From Acidimicrobiales bacterium (GTDB taxonomy: Bacteria > Actinomycetota > Acidimicrobiia > Acidimicrobiales > SZUA-35), in the NCBI GenBank assembly GCA_047638695.1, contig JBLINY010000012.1, positions 1,559-65,558 on the forward strand: a DNA stretch of 64,000 nucleotides. The letters are read 5' to 3'. The first letter of the stretch is position 1, and every line of letters begins with the position of its first letter. Below are positions 8,448 through 18,669 of this stretch, in pieces. Under the pieces are notes generated by a model that saw nothing but the letters and a program-made list of their open reading frames with translations, searched no databases and had not been told where the DNA came from. A program made the position numbers and the translations under genes.

Positions 8448-10361
8448 CGGACCAGGCGGCCGACAAACCGAAGCCGGCCAGCGCCTTCACCCTGGAGGCC
8501 AACGCCCGAGTCGCCGATGCCCTTTCGCTCGATGACCTCGACTTTGAACGGGCTAGTCGGGGCCTCCTAGCGACCCACGAGACCGGCAAGATCACACATA
8601 AACACGGCACGGCGTGGGATGTGAGTCGGTACGACTTCATCCGGAACAACGTCGAGCCGCCAGAGTCGGTAAACCCGAGTCTTTGGCGTCAGGCCCGATT
8701 GAACTCGAACCATGGCCTGTTCGAGGTGGCCGACGGCATGTGGCAGGCCCGGGGCTACGACATCTCCAACATCACCTTTCTTCGTGGCGACACGGGCTGG
8801 GTGATCATCGACCCGCTTACCACCGAGGCAACGGCTGCTGCTTGTCTTGAGTTGGCCAACGCAACCTTGGGTCACCGGGATGTGCGGGCCGTCATCTATA
8901 CCCATAGTCACGCCGACCACTTCGGCGGCGTCGAGGGTGTCACCTCCCACGATGCTGTTCGGAACGGTGAGGTGCGAGTCATCGCACCCGAGGGTTTCCT
9001 CCGAGAAGCGGTAAGTGAGAATGTCATCGCCGGGCCGGCCATGGCCCGCCGAGCTGCTTACCAGTTCGGTCCGCTGTTGCCACCGGGCCCACGAGGGCAC
9101 GTCGACTCGGGTCTGGGGCAGGCGATTCCGACAGCACCATCTGGGCTGATTGCTCCGACCGAGGACATCACCCACACCGGTCAGCAGCTAACTGTCGACG
9201 GTATTCGGATCGTGTTTCAGATGACTCCTGAGGCCGAAGCCCCGGCCGAGATGAACTTCTTCTTCCCTGATCGGGGTGGCTGTGCATGGCCGAGAACTGC
9301 AGCCACAACATGCACAATCTGGTTCCGATTCGCGGTGCCCAAGTTCGTGACTCGCTCAACTGGTCCAAGTACATCAACGAAGCGATCGAGTTGTTTGGTT
9401 CAGAAACCGAACTGATGTTGGCCAGTCATCACTGGCCTCGCTGGGGGCGTGACGACGTGCACGGTTTCCTACGCCAGCAGCGCGACATGTATCGGTTCAT
9501 TCACGACCAGACGATGAGGCGGGCCAATAGGGTTGGACCGCGCTGGAGATCGCCGAGGACCTCGAGATGCCGTTCGAGTTCATGGCCGAAGGCCACACTC
9601 GCGGTTACTACGGCTCGATCGTGCACAACGTGAAGGCCGTGTACCAACGCTACTTGAGCTGGTACGACGGCAACCCGGCTCGGCTGCACCCGCACCCACC
9701 CGTCGAGGCAGGTAAACGGTACGTCGATCTTGCGGGTGGTGCTGACGCCCTGTTGGCCAAGGCGCAGGCCGCATTCGACGATGGCGACTACCGATGGGTC
9801 ACCGAGCTGGTGAATCACTTGGTCTTCGCCGATCCATCGAATGTGGCGGCTCGTCAACTGCAGGCTGACGGGTTGGAGCAGCTCGGCTATCAGGCGGAGT
9901 CGAGCACCTTTCGGAACGCGTATCTGACAGGCGCTCAGGAGCTTCGGAATGGCAAGCCCGATTCACGCGAGATCAGACGCCGCAATCTGGTCGAGGCGCT
10001 GACGGTTGATCAGGTCTTCGACACCATCGCAATCAGGCTCAAGGCCGAAGAGCTTGAAGGGCAGCGGATCTTCATCGATTGGACCTTCCCCGATCTCACC
10101 GACACCGATCAACCAACCGAATGGATGCTCGGGCTCGAGAATCGGGTGCTGCACTACACCTCCGGCCGCCACCAAACTGACGCCGCGGTCTCCGTGACCC
10201 TGACCAAAAAGACGTTGAGCAACATTATGATGGGAAGGACGACGTTCGGCGACGAGATCAATGCGGGGACCATCACGATCTCTGGCGATGTCGAAGCCCT
10301 GCTGGTGATCTTCGGCAATCTCGAGACGTTCGTCTCGGGCTTTGGCCTCGTTGAGCCATGA
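8444..10361 (+). pseudogene. Alkyl/aryl sulfatase (SdsA1/YjcS-like: MBL + dimerisation + SCP2 domains), split by two frameshifts
   Basis: YTHSHADHFGG, EAPAEM, SHHWP, RGYYGS, WYDGNPA motifs spread over three ORFs; breaks at G-runs near 9273-9276 and 9530-9532; could be sequencing error. Confidence 0.85.
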
Positions 10362-10401
10362 GGTTGAGCCATGAGGTTGAGCCATCAGATTGAGCCATGA
10401 G
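10350..10401. repeat. 13-bp tandem repeat x4 (GTTGAGCCATGAG) containing the sulfatase stop codon
   Basis: Units at 10350, 10363, 10376, 10389. Confidence 0.95.
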
Positions 10402-10422
10402 CCGGAGGGTTAAGGTCGGCGT

Positions 10423-11271
10423 GTGCAGACCATGATCGTTGAGATAGCGCAGGGTGCACTCACGGCCGACGTTGCCGGGCCGGCCGACGGCCAGCCGGTG
10501 CTGTTTCTGCATGGTTTCCCCCAAACCCGTTACACGTGGCGGCACCAGTTGCCGGCGCTGGCTGACGCCGGGTTTCGAGCTGTCGCTCCCGATCAGCGGG
10601 GCTACTCGTCTGGGTTGCGGCCCACCTCGGTCGAGGCGTATCACGTCGACCGCCTGGTTGCTGATGTCGTCGAGCTGGCCGAGCTACTGGGCTCGCCGGT
10701 GCATTTGGTCGGCCACGACTGGGGTGGGCAGGTCGCATGGCTCGCTGCGGCGCGACACCCGGAGTCGCTTCTCTCGCTGACGGTACTGTCGCGGCCGCAT
10801 CCAGCTGCTTTTGCTGCGGCTTTCAATACCGACCCTGACCAGGCCGATCGATCCAAGCATCATCGAAAGTTCGATGATCCGGCAACGGCCGACTTGTTGT
10901 TGGAAGACAATGCTCGTCGTTTGCGTCGAATGCTGAGCGCCAGCAATGTTCCGGATGCTGACGTGGATGGGTACCTGCGAGTTCTCGGCGACCGTGCAGC
11001 TCTCGATGCGGCTCTCAACTGGTATCGGGCCGCAACCGGTTCAGGTCTCCGGGCAGCCGATACGCCGGACGTCAGGGTGCCGACCCTCTATCTGTGGGGC
11101 AGCGGCGATCACTCGGTCGGGCGAACGGCGGCCGAGGGCACCGCTGCACATGTTCGTGGCCAGTACCGCTTGGTCGAGGTCGAGGGCGGCGGTCATTTCC
11201 TGACCGACGACGGATCGAATGAACAGGTGACTCGAGAACTGCTCGGCCATCTGCACAGAACTTCTACCTAG
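10423..11271 (+). CDS. Alpha/beta hydrolase (soluble epoxide hydrolase-like)
   Basis: LHGFP, APDQRGYS, VGHDWGG, GGHF; TAAGGT -10 six nt before GTG. Confidence 0.9.
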   Translation: MQTMIVEIAQGALTADVAGPADGQPVLFLHGFPQTRYTWRHQLPALADAGFRAVAPDQRGYSSGLRPTSVEAYHVDRLVADVVELAELLGSPVHLVGHDWGGQVAWLAAARHPESLLSLTVLSRPHPAAFAAAFNTDPDQADRSKHHRKFDDPATADLLLEDNARRLRRMLSASNVPDADVDGYLRVLGDRAALDAALNWYRAATGSGLRAADTPDVRVPTLYLWGSGDHSVGRTAAEGTAAHVRGQYRLVEVEGGGHFLTDDGSNEQVTRELLGHLHRTST

Positions 11272-11314
11272 AACATCTGCATAGAAGCTCTGCATAGAAG
11301 GTCTGCACAGCAGC
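11250..11314. repeat. Imperfect 13-bp tandem repeat x5 (approx. TCTGCAYAGAASN) spanning the hydrolase stop
   Basis: tctgcacagaact/tctacctagaaca/tctgcatagaagc/tctgcatagaagg/tctgcacagcagc. Confidence 0.85.
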
Positions 11315-11350
11315 ACCGCCCCTTTCGGTGGAAGCTCCTTCGGCAGGCGT

Positions 11351-12580
11351 TTAGAAGAAGGGGCTGACGTACACGGCCGGTTCGTTGGCCGGCGTGACCG
11401 GTGCCGGTGTTGCCCGTAGACGGGCCATGGCGAGTACGCCCAGCATTGGCCCGGGCACCAAGAGCAAGAAGGCCCACCCCCAACTCGATTGATCGCGAAC
11501 AAAGGGGACGAGGTAGATGGTGAAGATCGTCAGTATGAAGCCCAATGCCAGCTGAACGGTGAGGGCCGTGCCGACGAAACGTTGATCTGCGACCTCGGTG
11601 ACGATCGTCGAGAACTGGGCAGAGTCGGCCACAACCCAGAACCCCCAAATCAAGCCAAACACCACTACGAGAGCGGGTCGTTCGACCAAGAAGCCGATGA
11701 AGGCGGCAACGGTTCCAGATGCCGCCATGGCCACGCCGGCCGCGGTCGTTCGGCTTGTGCGGTCCGAGATCAGGCCACCGACAACCGAACCACCAGCACC
11801 AGCGCCGATAATGGCGAAGGTCAGCAGTGCAGCCTTCGCAGGGCTGTCGAACACGTCGGCGGCGAAGGCCCCGATCCAGGCCCACATCGCGTATAGCTCC
11901 CACATGTGGCCGAAGTACCCGGCACTGGCCAGCAGCAAGCGACGGTCGCTGAGCACCTCGCGGATCTGGCCCGGGTGGAAGCGGGCTGACGGGAAAACAT
12001 GCGGACCGTCCTTGGCGATTCGATCAGCGATGAGACCGCCGGTAATCGTGAGTACCGATGTGAGACCGATTACGAGCTGCCATGGAGGGCTGCCGATACT
12101 CCGGATGAGATGGGGGAGTGCGGACCCGAGCGTAAGGGCACCCACCATGACACCGAGCGCCAGGCCACGGCCGGTGACGAACCATCCCGACATTGCCTTC
12201 AACGCCGGCGGGTAGACCGCGGCGAGAGCCACGCCAACCAGGAGGCGGGACTGGACAGCGAAGGGCACGCCGTCGGTTACGAGAATCAGTGCGTTGGCCA
12301 CGGCCGCTCCAATCGAGCCGTAGAGCACCAGACGACGAGAGGGCACTCGGTCGGCGAGGTTGAATGTCGCCGACAGGATGGCGCCGATGACGAAGCCGAT
12401 CTGCACTGCTACGGCCAGCAGACTGGCCGTGTTCGAGGTCAGGTCGAGTTCGTCCCGTAGCTGTGGCAGTACTGCCGCGGTCGAGAACCAGGTGGTCATC
12501 GACAGCACCATGGCACCGGCCAGAATTCCCAGTTGGCGCCATCGCTCGGGGTCGGCTTCGGGGACGGTATGGACGGCCAT
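11351..12580 (-). CDS. MFS transporter
   Basis: Multiple TM segments; GYFGHMWELYAMW and DSAQFS motifs. Confidence 0.9.
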   Translation of the reverse strand: MAVHTVPEADPERWRQLGILAGAMVLSMTTWFSTAAVLPQLRDELDLTSNTASLLAVAVQIGFVIGAILSATFNLADRVPSRRLVLYGSIGAAVANALILVTDGVPFAVQSRLLVGVALAAVYPPALKAMSGWFVTGRGLALGVMVGALTLGSALPHLIRSIGSPPWQLVIGLTSVLTITGGLIADRIAKDGPHVFPSARFHPGQIREVLSDRRLLLASAGYFGHMWELYAMWAWIGAFAADVFDSPAKAALLTFAIIGAGAGGSVVGGLISDRTSRTTAAGVAMAASGTVAAFIGFLVERPALVVVFGLIWGFWVVADSAQFSTIVTEVADQRFVGTALTVQLALGFILTIFTIYLVPFVRDQSSWGWAFLLLVPGPMLGVLAMARLRATPAPVTPANEPAVYVSPFF

Positions 12581-12624
12581 GTCTCTGCAACCCTGTCATG
12601 CCTGGGAGGCTTCCGATTGGATTG

Positions 12625-12659
12625 TGGCAACGGTCAGTTAGCGACGGTCAGTTGGCAAC
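12625..12659. repeat. 14-bp direct repeat x2.5 in a divergent intergenic region
   Basis: tggcaacggtcagt/tagcgacggtcagt/tggcaac. Confidence 0.7.
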
Positions 12660-12764
12660 CGCGGTTCGCAAGAGCACTAAAGCAACATGAAGAGGTCGAT
12701 AGCTAGCGAGAGTCCCGATTGCACGCCACACTGAGGCTCAGGCCGAAACCCGCGAGGAACATCT

Positions 12765-14033
12765 GTGTCGAACGAAACGCCCGCCGAGATCGAAACACTC
12801 ACCAACGAGTTCGTTGACGAGCATTGGGATCCAGACATCACGGTGGAGGAGTGGTGGGGCCGTCTTGCCGCGGCTCGCCTGATCAACACCGCGCTGCCTG
12901 TCGAAGCCGGCGGTCGAGGGTGGAACGGTGCGCAGGCCGCATCATCGAACAAGGTGCTCGCTGACCGCCGAGTCGTCGGCCCGCCAACCGGACTCGGCAT
13001 GCTCTTGGCTGCTCCGACCATTGCCCACAACGGCACACCGGAACAGATCGCTCGATGGGTGCCATCGATTCTCGACGGCACCGAGTCATGGTGTCAGCTC
13101 TTCTCAGAGCCTGGATCGGGTTCCGACCTCGCAGGGTTGCAAACCAAGGCAGTGCGGGATGGCGACGAGTGGATCATCACCGGCCAGAAGGTATGGACGT
13201 CGATGGGAGCAGAAGCCGACTGGGGCATGCTCATCGCCCGTACCGACCCCGACCTGCCCAAGCATCAGGGCATCACCTACTTCGGCTTTCCTATGGATCA
13301 GCCGGGCGTCGAGGTACGCCCGCTCACCGAGATGACCGGAAGGGCCCTTTTCAACGAGGTCTTTCTCGAAGAAGCTCGAGTCCACAACGACAACATCATC
13401 GGCGAGCGCGGCAGCGGCTGGCGAGTGGCGAACTCAACACTGATGTTCGAGCGATCGGGTATTGGCGGAGGTCACGGTGGCGGCTATGGCAGTGCGTCTC
13501 CAGGCAAAATCGTCGGCCACCTCGATCGGCGAGTCGGCGATTTCCTCGGCAAGTCGGGGGCCATCGGTGCGGGGGCCGTCGGTCGTCGGGTGCTCGGCCT
13601 ACTGAGCGATGAGGCAGCCGCCCGAGGGAAGGCGGATGACGCGGTGATCCGCGACAAGTTGGCCCGCCTACACATGCTGCACCGCATCACCTCTATGACG
13701 GTCAAGCGGCAGGCGGCAGAACGGAAGAGCGGCCGGAAGAACACTGGGCTCGGTGCTGGTGTGGAAGGCAACTTGGCCAAGATCGCCAACACCAAGCAGA
13801 TCGAGCTGGCCCGAGATCTCGCCGGTGACATTCTGGGGCCAGACGCCGTCATCGTCGGTAAGGGCGCTGCCACTGCTGGTTACCTCCAGGAGCTGATCCT
13901 CTTTTCTCCGGCCCCTCCGATCTACGGCGGCACCGACGAGATTCAGCGAAACGTGATCGGCGAGCGCGGCCTCGGGTTGCCAAAAGAGCCCGGCCCGTCG
14001 AAGGACACTCCCTTCACCGAACTCCCGAAGTAG
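12765..14033 (+). CDS. Acyl-CoA dehydrogenase
   Basis: WCQLFSEPGSGSDLA, GQKVWTS, FNEVFL, IYGGTDEIQRN. Confidence 0.95.
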   Translation: MSNETPAEIETLTNEFVDEHWDPDITVEEWWGRLAAARLINTALPVEAGGRGWNGAQAASSNKVLADRRVVGPPTGLGMLLAAPTIAHNGTPEQIARWVPSILDGTESWCQLFSEPGSGSDLAGLQTKAVRDGDEWIITGQKVWTSMGAEADWGMLIARTDPDLPKHQGITYFGFPMDQPGVEVRPLTEMTGRALFNEVFLEEARVHNDNIIGERGSGWRVANSTLMFERSGIGGGHGGGYGSASPGKIVGHLDRRVGDFLGKSGAIGAGAVGRRVLGLLSDEAAARGKADDAVIRDKLARLHMLHRITSMTVKRQAAERKSGRKNTGLGAGVEGNLAKIANTKQIELARDLAGDILGPDAVIVGKGAATAGYLQELILFSPAPPIYGGTDEIQRNVIGERGLGLPKEPGPSKDTPFTELPK

Positions 14034-14048
14034 CCCGAAGCAGTCAAA

Positions 14049-14089
14049 TTGTCCTTCTGAAGCACCGTGACGGTGCTTCAGAAGGACAA
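14049..14089. repeat. 41-bp REP-like palindrome, copy 1, between convergent genes
   Basis: TTGTCCTTCTGAAGCACCG-TGA-CGGTGCTTCAGAAGGACAA, perfect 19-bp arms. Confidence 0.9.
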
Positions 14090-14104
14090 GTTCGGTTGGT
14101 GGAG

Positions 14105-14881
14105 CTAGCGGTCGAGACGGGCTTGGAGCTTGCGCATGCCCTTCAGCCACTTTTCTGACTCGTTGGTTTTGAATTCCATCCACTCCTGAGCGATTTCGTC
14201 AGTGAGGATCAAGAAGCGTTCCTCGGCGAATGCATCGGTCACCTGCTGGGCTACTTCTTCCGGCTCTTTCAACGGGCCGGCGGCCGAGCGGGCCCACTCG
14301 CTATCTGCCGCACCGCCCAACATCGGTGTGCGCACGCCAAGGGGTGCCAGCAGGTACGTGCGAATACCCTTGTCGTGGTAGGTGATCGACATCCACTCGG
14401 CCAAGCCGACCACGGCGTGCTTGCTGGTGGCGTACGGCGCGTTGCCGTGACTGGTCAGGATGCCGGCCATCGAAGCCGTGTGCTGGATGTGGCCCTCGCC
14501 TCGGGCCAACATGGCTGGCAGGACGGCGCGGATGGCGTAGACGTGGCTCATCACGTTGACGTCCCACTGCTTCTGCCATTCGCCTATCGGCGTGTTCAGG
14601 GGATCGCCTCCGGAGGCAATACCGGCGTTGTTGCAGAGCACATCGATGGGGCCGTGGTCGGTTTCGACTCGTTGCATCATCTGGGTCATCTCGGCTTCGA
14701 TACCAACGTCGACGGTCTCGGCTTGGCCGCCGATGGCGGCAGCCACCGCGGCAGCGTTGTCAGCATCGCGGTCGACGACGACCACCTTGCGGGCTCCGTC
14801 GGCATGGAAGCGCTCGCAGAGGGCCTTGCCAATGCCGCTTCCTCCACCTGTGACTACGCACACCCGGTCTTTGACCTGCAT
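14105..14881 (-). CDS. SDR oxidoreductase
   Basis: TGGGSGIG, NNAG, YATSK. Confidence 0.93.
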   Translation of the reverse strand: MQVKDRVCVVTGGGSGIGKALCERFHADGARKVVVVDRDADNAAAVAAAIGGQAETVDVGIEAEMTQMMQRVETDHGPIDVLCNNAGIASGGDPLNTPIGEWQKQWDVNVMSHVYAIRAVLPAMLARGEGHIQHTASMAGILTSHGNAPYATSKHAVVGLAEWMSITYHDKGIRTYLLAPLGVRTPMLGGAADSEWARSAAGPLKEPEEVAQQVTDAFAEERFLILTDEIAQEWMEFKTNESEKWLKGMRKLQARLDR

Positions 14882-14937
14882 ATCTGTCCCCTTGCTCGCT
14901 GTTCGGCTGTTCTATGGCCAGCGGAGGTCGCCAGCGC

Positions 14938-16164
14938 TTATCGCTCTGGCCGAGAAGCTACTCGCCGCATGATCTCGAGGGAACCGGCGAGAGCGAGCAC
15001 GATCGCCATCACGTAGAAAACGATGGAGAACGACTGGAAGTAAGGCCGATCGAGCCGCAATCGGTCGAAGATGCGACTCGATGCATTCACGCCGACCACG
15101 ATGCCAATCGTTCGAGTCGTGAGCGAAAGACCAGATCCGAGACCCTGTTGATCGGCGGGCAGCGCCCCCATCACCGTTGCCATGTTCGGCACGGAGAACG
15201 CTCCGAGCCCGAGCCCGACGGCGGCCAACCCGAGGGCGATGACGAACCCGCTCGGTTCAGTTCCTGCCACGCCGCCGATAAAGGCCATGCCTGCTGCCAT
15301 GAGCAGGATGCCGCCGGCCACCAGCCAGCCCGTGTAGCCGCGGTCGCTGAAGCCACCGACGCGGGGCGAGACGAGCGCGGTCGCCATGGGAGACGCTGCA
15401 AGCACCAGGCCAGCAAGCAGAATGCTGATCGACAGTTCGTCGATGAGAAGAGATGGCACGAGAAGCCACGTCGCGAACATGGCGCCGTTTGCTACAACGG
15501 CCAGGACGTTTGCGGCTACGAAATCTCCAGACCGGAGAAGTTGCTTCCACGGCGTGGTCCGCGAGGTGACGGCGGACTGCTTCGAAGCCGGAGCTTCGGC
15601 GAGAGCGCCGAGCGATCGAGCCATCAGCAGAACGACCACAGCAAGCGGCAGCCGGAACCAGAAGACACCACGCCAACCAGCGATATCGACCAAGGGACCG
15701 CCAACGATCGGCCCGATGGCCAGGCCAATTCCGGCGCTGGTCTGAAACAGGCCAACGGCTCGGCCTCTCGCGTCGAGACCGGTTGCCAGTGCGATGAGCG
15801 CCGGCGCCGATGCCATCACCAAAGCGGTGCCAAGCCCTTGCACAACCCTTCCAGCCAGAAGGGTCAAGAGGTTCGGTGCCGCAGCGCAAAGGGCCAGACC
15901 GATCCCGGCCGCTACGGCGCCAGCCGCCATGACCGGACCGTGCCCATGTCGGTCGCCCAGTCGACCGGCGATGATCAAAGAGATGCCATAGGACAGAACG
16001 AAGCAGGTCACTACCCACTGGAGGTCGCTGACATCGAGCTCGAACGCGTCCGTCAGTGCAGGGAACGCGATATTCAGCGCTGTGTCGAGCGACCCAAATG
16101 CGCCGGCCAGCACAGCCAACGGAACCGATCGGTTCGTTGCGGTAGTCGCCGTTGCGCTGAGCAT
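14938..16164 (-). CDS. MFS transporter (drug:H+ antiporter-like)
   Basis: D.TALNIAFP, GRLGDRHG, GWRGVFW. Confidence 0.85.
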   Translation of the reverse strand: MLSATATTATNRSVPLAVLAGAFGSLDTALNIAFPALTDAFELDVSDLQWVVTCFVLSYGISLIIAGRLGDRHGHGPVMAAGAVAAGIGLALCAAAPNLLTLLAGRVVQGLGTALVMASAPALIALATGLDARGRAVGLFQTSAGIGLAIGPIVGGPLVDIAGWRGVFWFRLPLAVVVLLMARSLGALAEAPASKQSAVTSRTTPWKQLLRSGDFVAANVLAVVANGAMFATWLLVPSLLIDELSISILLAGLVLAASPMATALVSPRVGGFSDRGYTGWLVAGGILLMAAGMAFIGGVAGTEPSGFVIALGLAAVGLGLGAFSVPNMATVMGALPADQQGLGSGLSLTTRTIGIVVGVNASSRIFDRLRLDRPYFQSFSIVFYVMAIVLALAGSLEIMRRVASRPER

Positions 16165-16248
16165 TGGTGGCTGACCCTAGGGCAGGTCGCCCGGCAGAGC
16201 CTTTCTGCTGTCGTTGATAGGTACGTGCCCTTTCGTAGACTGATCGGT

Positions 16249-16545
16249 ATGAGCCATAAAGAAGCACCCGCATCCGAGCACACAACGCTGGTTGCAGCGG
16301 GCGCACAACTGGTGGATGTGCGGCAACCGGATGAAGTGGCGGCGGCGTCGGTGCCTAACTCGATCTTCATCCCGCTGGGCGCACTGCCCGATCGGGTGGG
16401 TGAGCTCGATCAGAGCCGGCCGGTCGTACTGCTCTGCCGTAGCGGTGGCCGCAGCGGTAAGGCGGCGGAGTTCCTGCTGGCGAACGGTTTCGATGATGTC
16501 ACCAACCTGGTCGGCGGCATGATGAGCCTCGGCCTTCAAGACTGA
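16249..16545 (+). CDS. Rhodanese-like domain protein
   Basis: LVDVRQPDE, CRSGGRS, NLVGGM; TAGACT -10 just upstream of ATG. Confidence 0.9.
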   Translation: MSHKEAPASEHTTLVAAGAQLVDVRQPDEVAAASVPNSIFIPLGALPDRVGELDQSRPVVLLCRSGGRSGKAAEFLLANGFDDVTNLVGGMMSLGLQD

Positions 16546-16629
16546 GCTCGGACGTCTTAGGTCCTGTCGCGTCAGACCCGGTAGCAGCGCCGTCGGCGCC
16601 ACTGCGGTATCCGATCCTTCCCGTTGCCC

Positions 16630-18669
16630 TTAGTAGCGCACCCGGGGCGGGAGATTGAACTGGGCACGGAAGGTATTCTCGGTGTGCAGGCGGTCGTTGG
16701 GATCAGCGTCGCTGGCATCACTGATGGGCCCGGTCTTTGGGTGGCCTTCGTTGTCGTCATCGAAGACGAGACCGGTGACACTCAGCTCTGAGTTACTCGC
16801 AGCGACAGGTGTTGCGCCGTCGGGCTCAAAGACCGTATTGCCATGGATGTCGGTCTGATTCGTGATGCCGCGATCCCGTTCACCTGTCACAAAGTCCGTG
16901 GCGTGGAGAATTTCGTGTTCGAAACCAACGATGGGTGGTCGGTCCCTCCAGGCCCGATCCTCCACCGGATCGAGTTCGGGGACAAAGGTGGTGTTGTTGT
17001 CGGCGTCGTAGAGCACATAGGCATCGGCTCCCGGACCCGGTGACCCGTCTGGCCGTTCGGCCACATCGTCCGCGTAGATCTCCGGAATTGCGGCCGCATT
17101 GCCTTGCTCGCTCTTGATGATGGTCACCGAGTGACCCGTCCCGTTTACGATCTCTCCGTTTGAGTCTTCAACCGGAATAGCTGCCCGGTCGACGTTTGCA
17201 AGTACTGCATCGCCCTCGGGCGTCGACCGCATGACCTCCAGGTCAGATTCGACCCGTGCGACGAACTCCGGCCCTGCTCCGGGGTCAATAGTCATCGAGG
17301 CGCCACGGTCCGGGTCGATCGTCACGATTTCGGTTTGAGCGTTGTCTTCGACAATGATCTCGTCCGATTCCTGGGCAATGACTCGATCCTGGTCGTTGCC
17401 AAAGGAGTTGTAGTCGACGACAAGATCCTGTCCGCTCGCGGTCACGACGACATCGTCTCCATCACCGCCGAAGAGGCGGTCGTCGCCCGATCCTCCAGCC
17501 ACGACGTCGTTCCCATCGCTTCCGTGAACCGTGTCGCTGCCAGCGCCGCCGTCGATGTAGTCGTTGCCACGGTCACCGTTGATGCGATCGTCACCGTCCA
17601 GGCCGTAGATGGTGTCATCACCCGGCCCACCACTGACCGCGTCGTTCCCGGCTCCGCCGGAGACGTAGTCGCGGCCGCGACCGGCATCGATGGTGTCGTT
17701 CCCGTCGCCTCCGATGATGGTGTCCTGACCGTTGCCGGCGCTGATGGTGTCGTTGCCGTCGCCGCCTTCGACCCTAATGTCCTGTGTCACCCGGCTTCCG
17801 GTGTTCGTGAGGAGCGCACCGCCCGGACCCAGAATGGCGAGTGGCTCGGTGGAGATGCTGTCGTCTCCCATGCCGGCGTCGATCACAAGCTTCTGTGACT
17901 CCTCGATCGTGAGTTCGATGTCGATCCCGTTCACCTGGACTGTGAGCCGACCATCTGCCTTCTGGTCAATACGAAAGTCGTCGGCCTCATCGGTCCCCTC
18001 GATGCGAAACTCAGTGGCCGATGTGATGATCGTGATCTGAGCTTCGTCCGCAGCCACGGTGAGTTGGAGGGTGCGGAATGCGGTGGCTGTTTCGGTGTCG
18101 AGCATGGCGGTGATGCCGCCGGGGTTGCCGAAGATTGTTGCTGCTATGTCGCCTGGTTCGTAGGTGCCGAGGTGTTGTTGGGCGAGTTGGTCGCCGAGGA
18201 TTTGGTGGGCCGCTTGTTCTTGGAATCGGATTTCGTTGAATTCTTGTTGTGAAGTGTCGAGGGCTTCTTGGGCGGTGACGGTTTGTTCGGTGGCGGAGGC
18301 GACTGCTTGGTGTGCGGCTTCGACGGCTGCGTTGGCTGTGTCGATGGGGTTGCTGTCGCCGTCGGGGCCGGGTTCGGCTGCTGCTTGGGCTGCGAGGGCG
18401 GCTGCGAGTTGGGCTTGTCCTTGGGCGAGTGTTTCTTGGGCGGCGGGGAGGGCGGCCATGAGGTCGGCGACGTTTTGGATGACGGTGGTCATGGCGGTTG
18501 CGGTTGATCGGGTGGAGCCGGTGAATCCTGTGGTGCCGATGGTGCGGAGTTGGCCGACGGCTTGGTTGCCTGCGTTTCCGACGTCTTGCACTCGGAACTG
18601 GGCGTCGCGGAAGTCGGTGGGGTTTGATTGGAGGGCTGGTTGTTCGAGGTTTGCCCAGTTGTCACTCAT
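16630..18669 (-). CDS. Secreted effector-like protein: helical N-terminus + RTX Ca-binding repeats + M91-like Zn metallopeptidase
   Basis: About 13 GGxGxDx(I/L/V)x nonapeptides; C-terminal PPIVGFEHEILH...E..VTGL...TENTFR..FNLPPR..Y. Confidence 0.8.
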   Translation of the reverse strand: MSDNWANLEQPALQSNPTDFRDAQFRVQDVGNAGNQAVGQLRTIGTTGFTGSTRSTATAMTTVIQNVADLMAALPAAQETLAQGQAQLAAALAAQAAAEPGPDGDSNPIDTANAAVEAAHQAVASATEQTVTAQEALDTSQQEFNEIRFQEQAAHQILGDQLAQQHLGTYEPGDIAATIFGNPGGITAMLDTETATAFRTLQLTVAADEAQITIITSATEFRIEGTDEADDFRIDQKADGRLTVQVNGIDIELTIEESQKLVIDAGMGDDSISTEPLAILGPGGALLTNTGSRVTQDIRVEGGDGNDTISAGNGQDTIIGGDGNDTIDAGRGRDYVSGGAGNDAVSGGPGDDTIYGLDGDDRINGDRGNDYIDGGAGSDTVHGSDGNDVVAGGSGDDRLFGGDGDDVVVTASGQDLVVDYNSFGNDQDRVIAQESDEIIVEDNAQTEIVTIDPDRGASMTIDPGAGPEFVARVESDLEVMRSTPEGDAVLANVDRAAIPVEDSNGEIVNGTGHSVTIIKSEQGNAAAIPEIYADDVAERPDGSPGPGADAYVLYDADNNTTFVPELDPVEDRAWRDRPPIVGFEHEILHATDFVTGERDRGITNQTDIHGNTVFEPDGATPVAASNSELSVTGLVFDDDNEGHPKTGPISDASDADPNDRLHTENTFRAQFNLPPRVRY

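Noticed and set aside
9270-9540. Programmed ribosomal frameshifting in the sulfatase
   Set aside because: No slippery heptamer; two independent single-base losses in G-runs fit error or decay better.
14049-14089. Simple intrinsic terminator
   Set aside because: No U-tract on either strand and a near-identical copy 24 kb away; better described as a dispersed repeat, though it may also terminate transcription.
14914-16248. 543-aa ORF ending in a rhodanese domain (apparent novel fusion)
   Set aside because: The upstream part is the antisense shadow of the MFS gene; the true start is ATG 16249 with its own -10.
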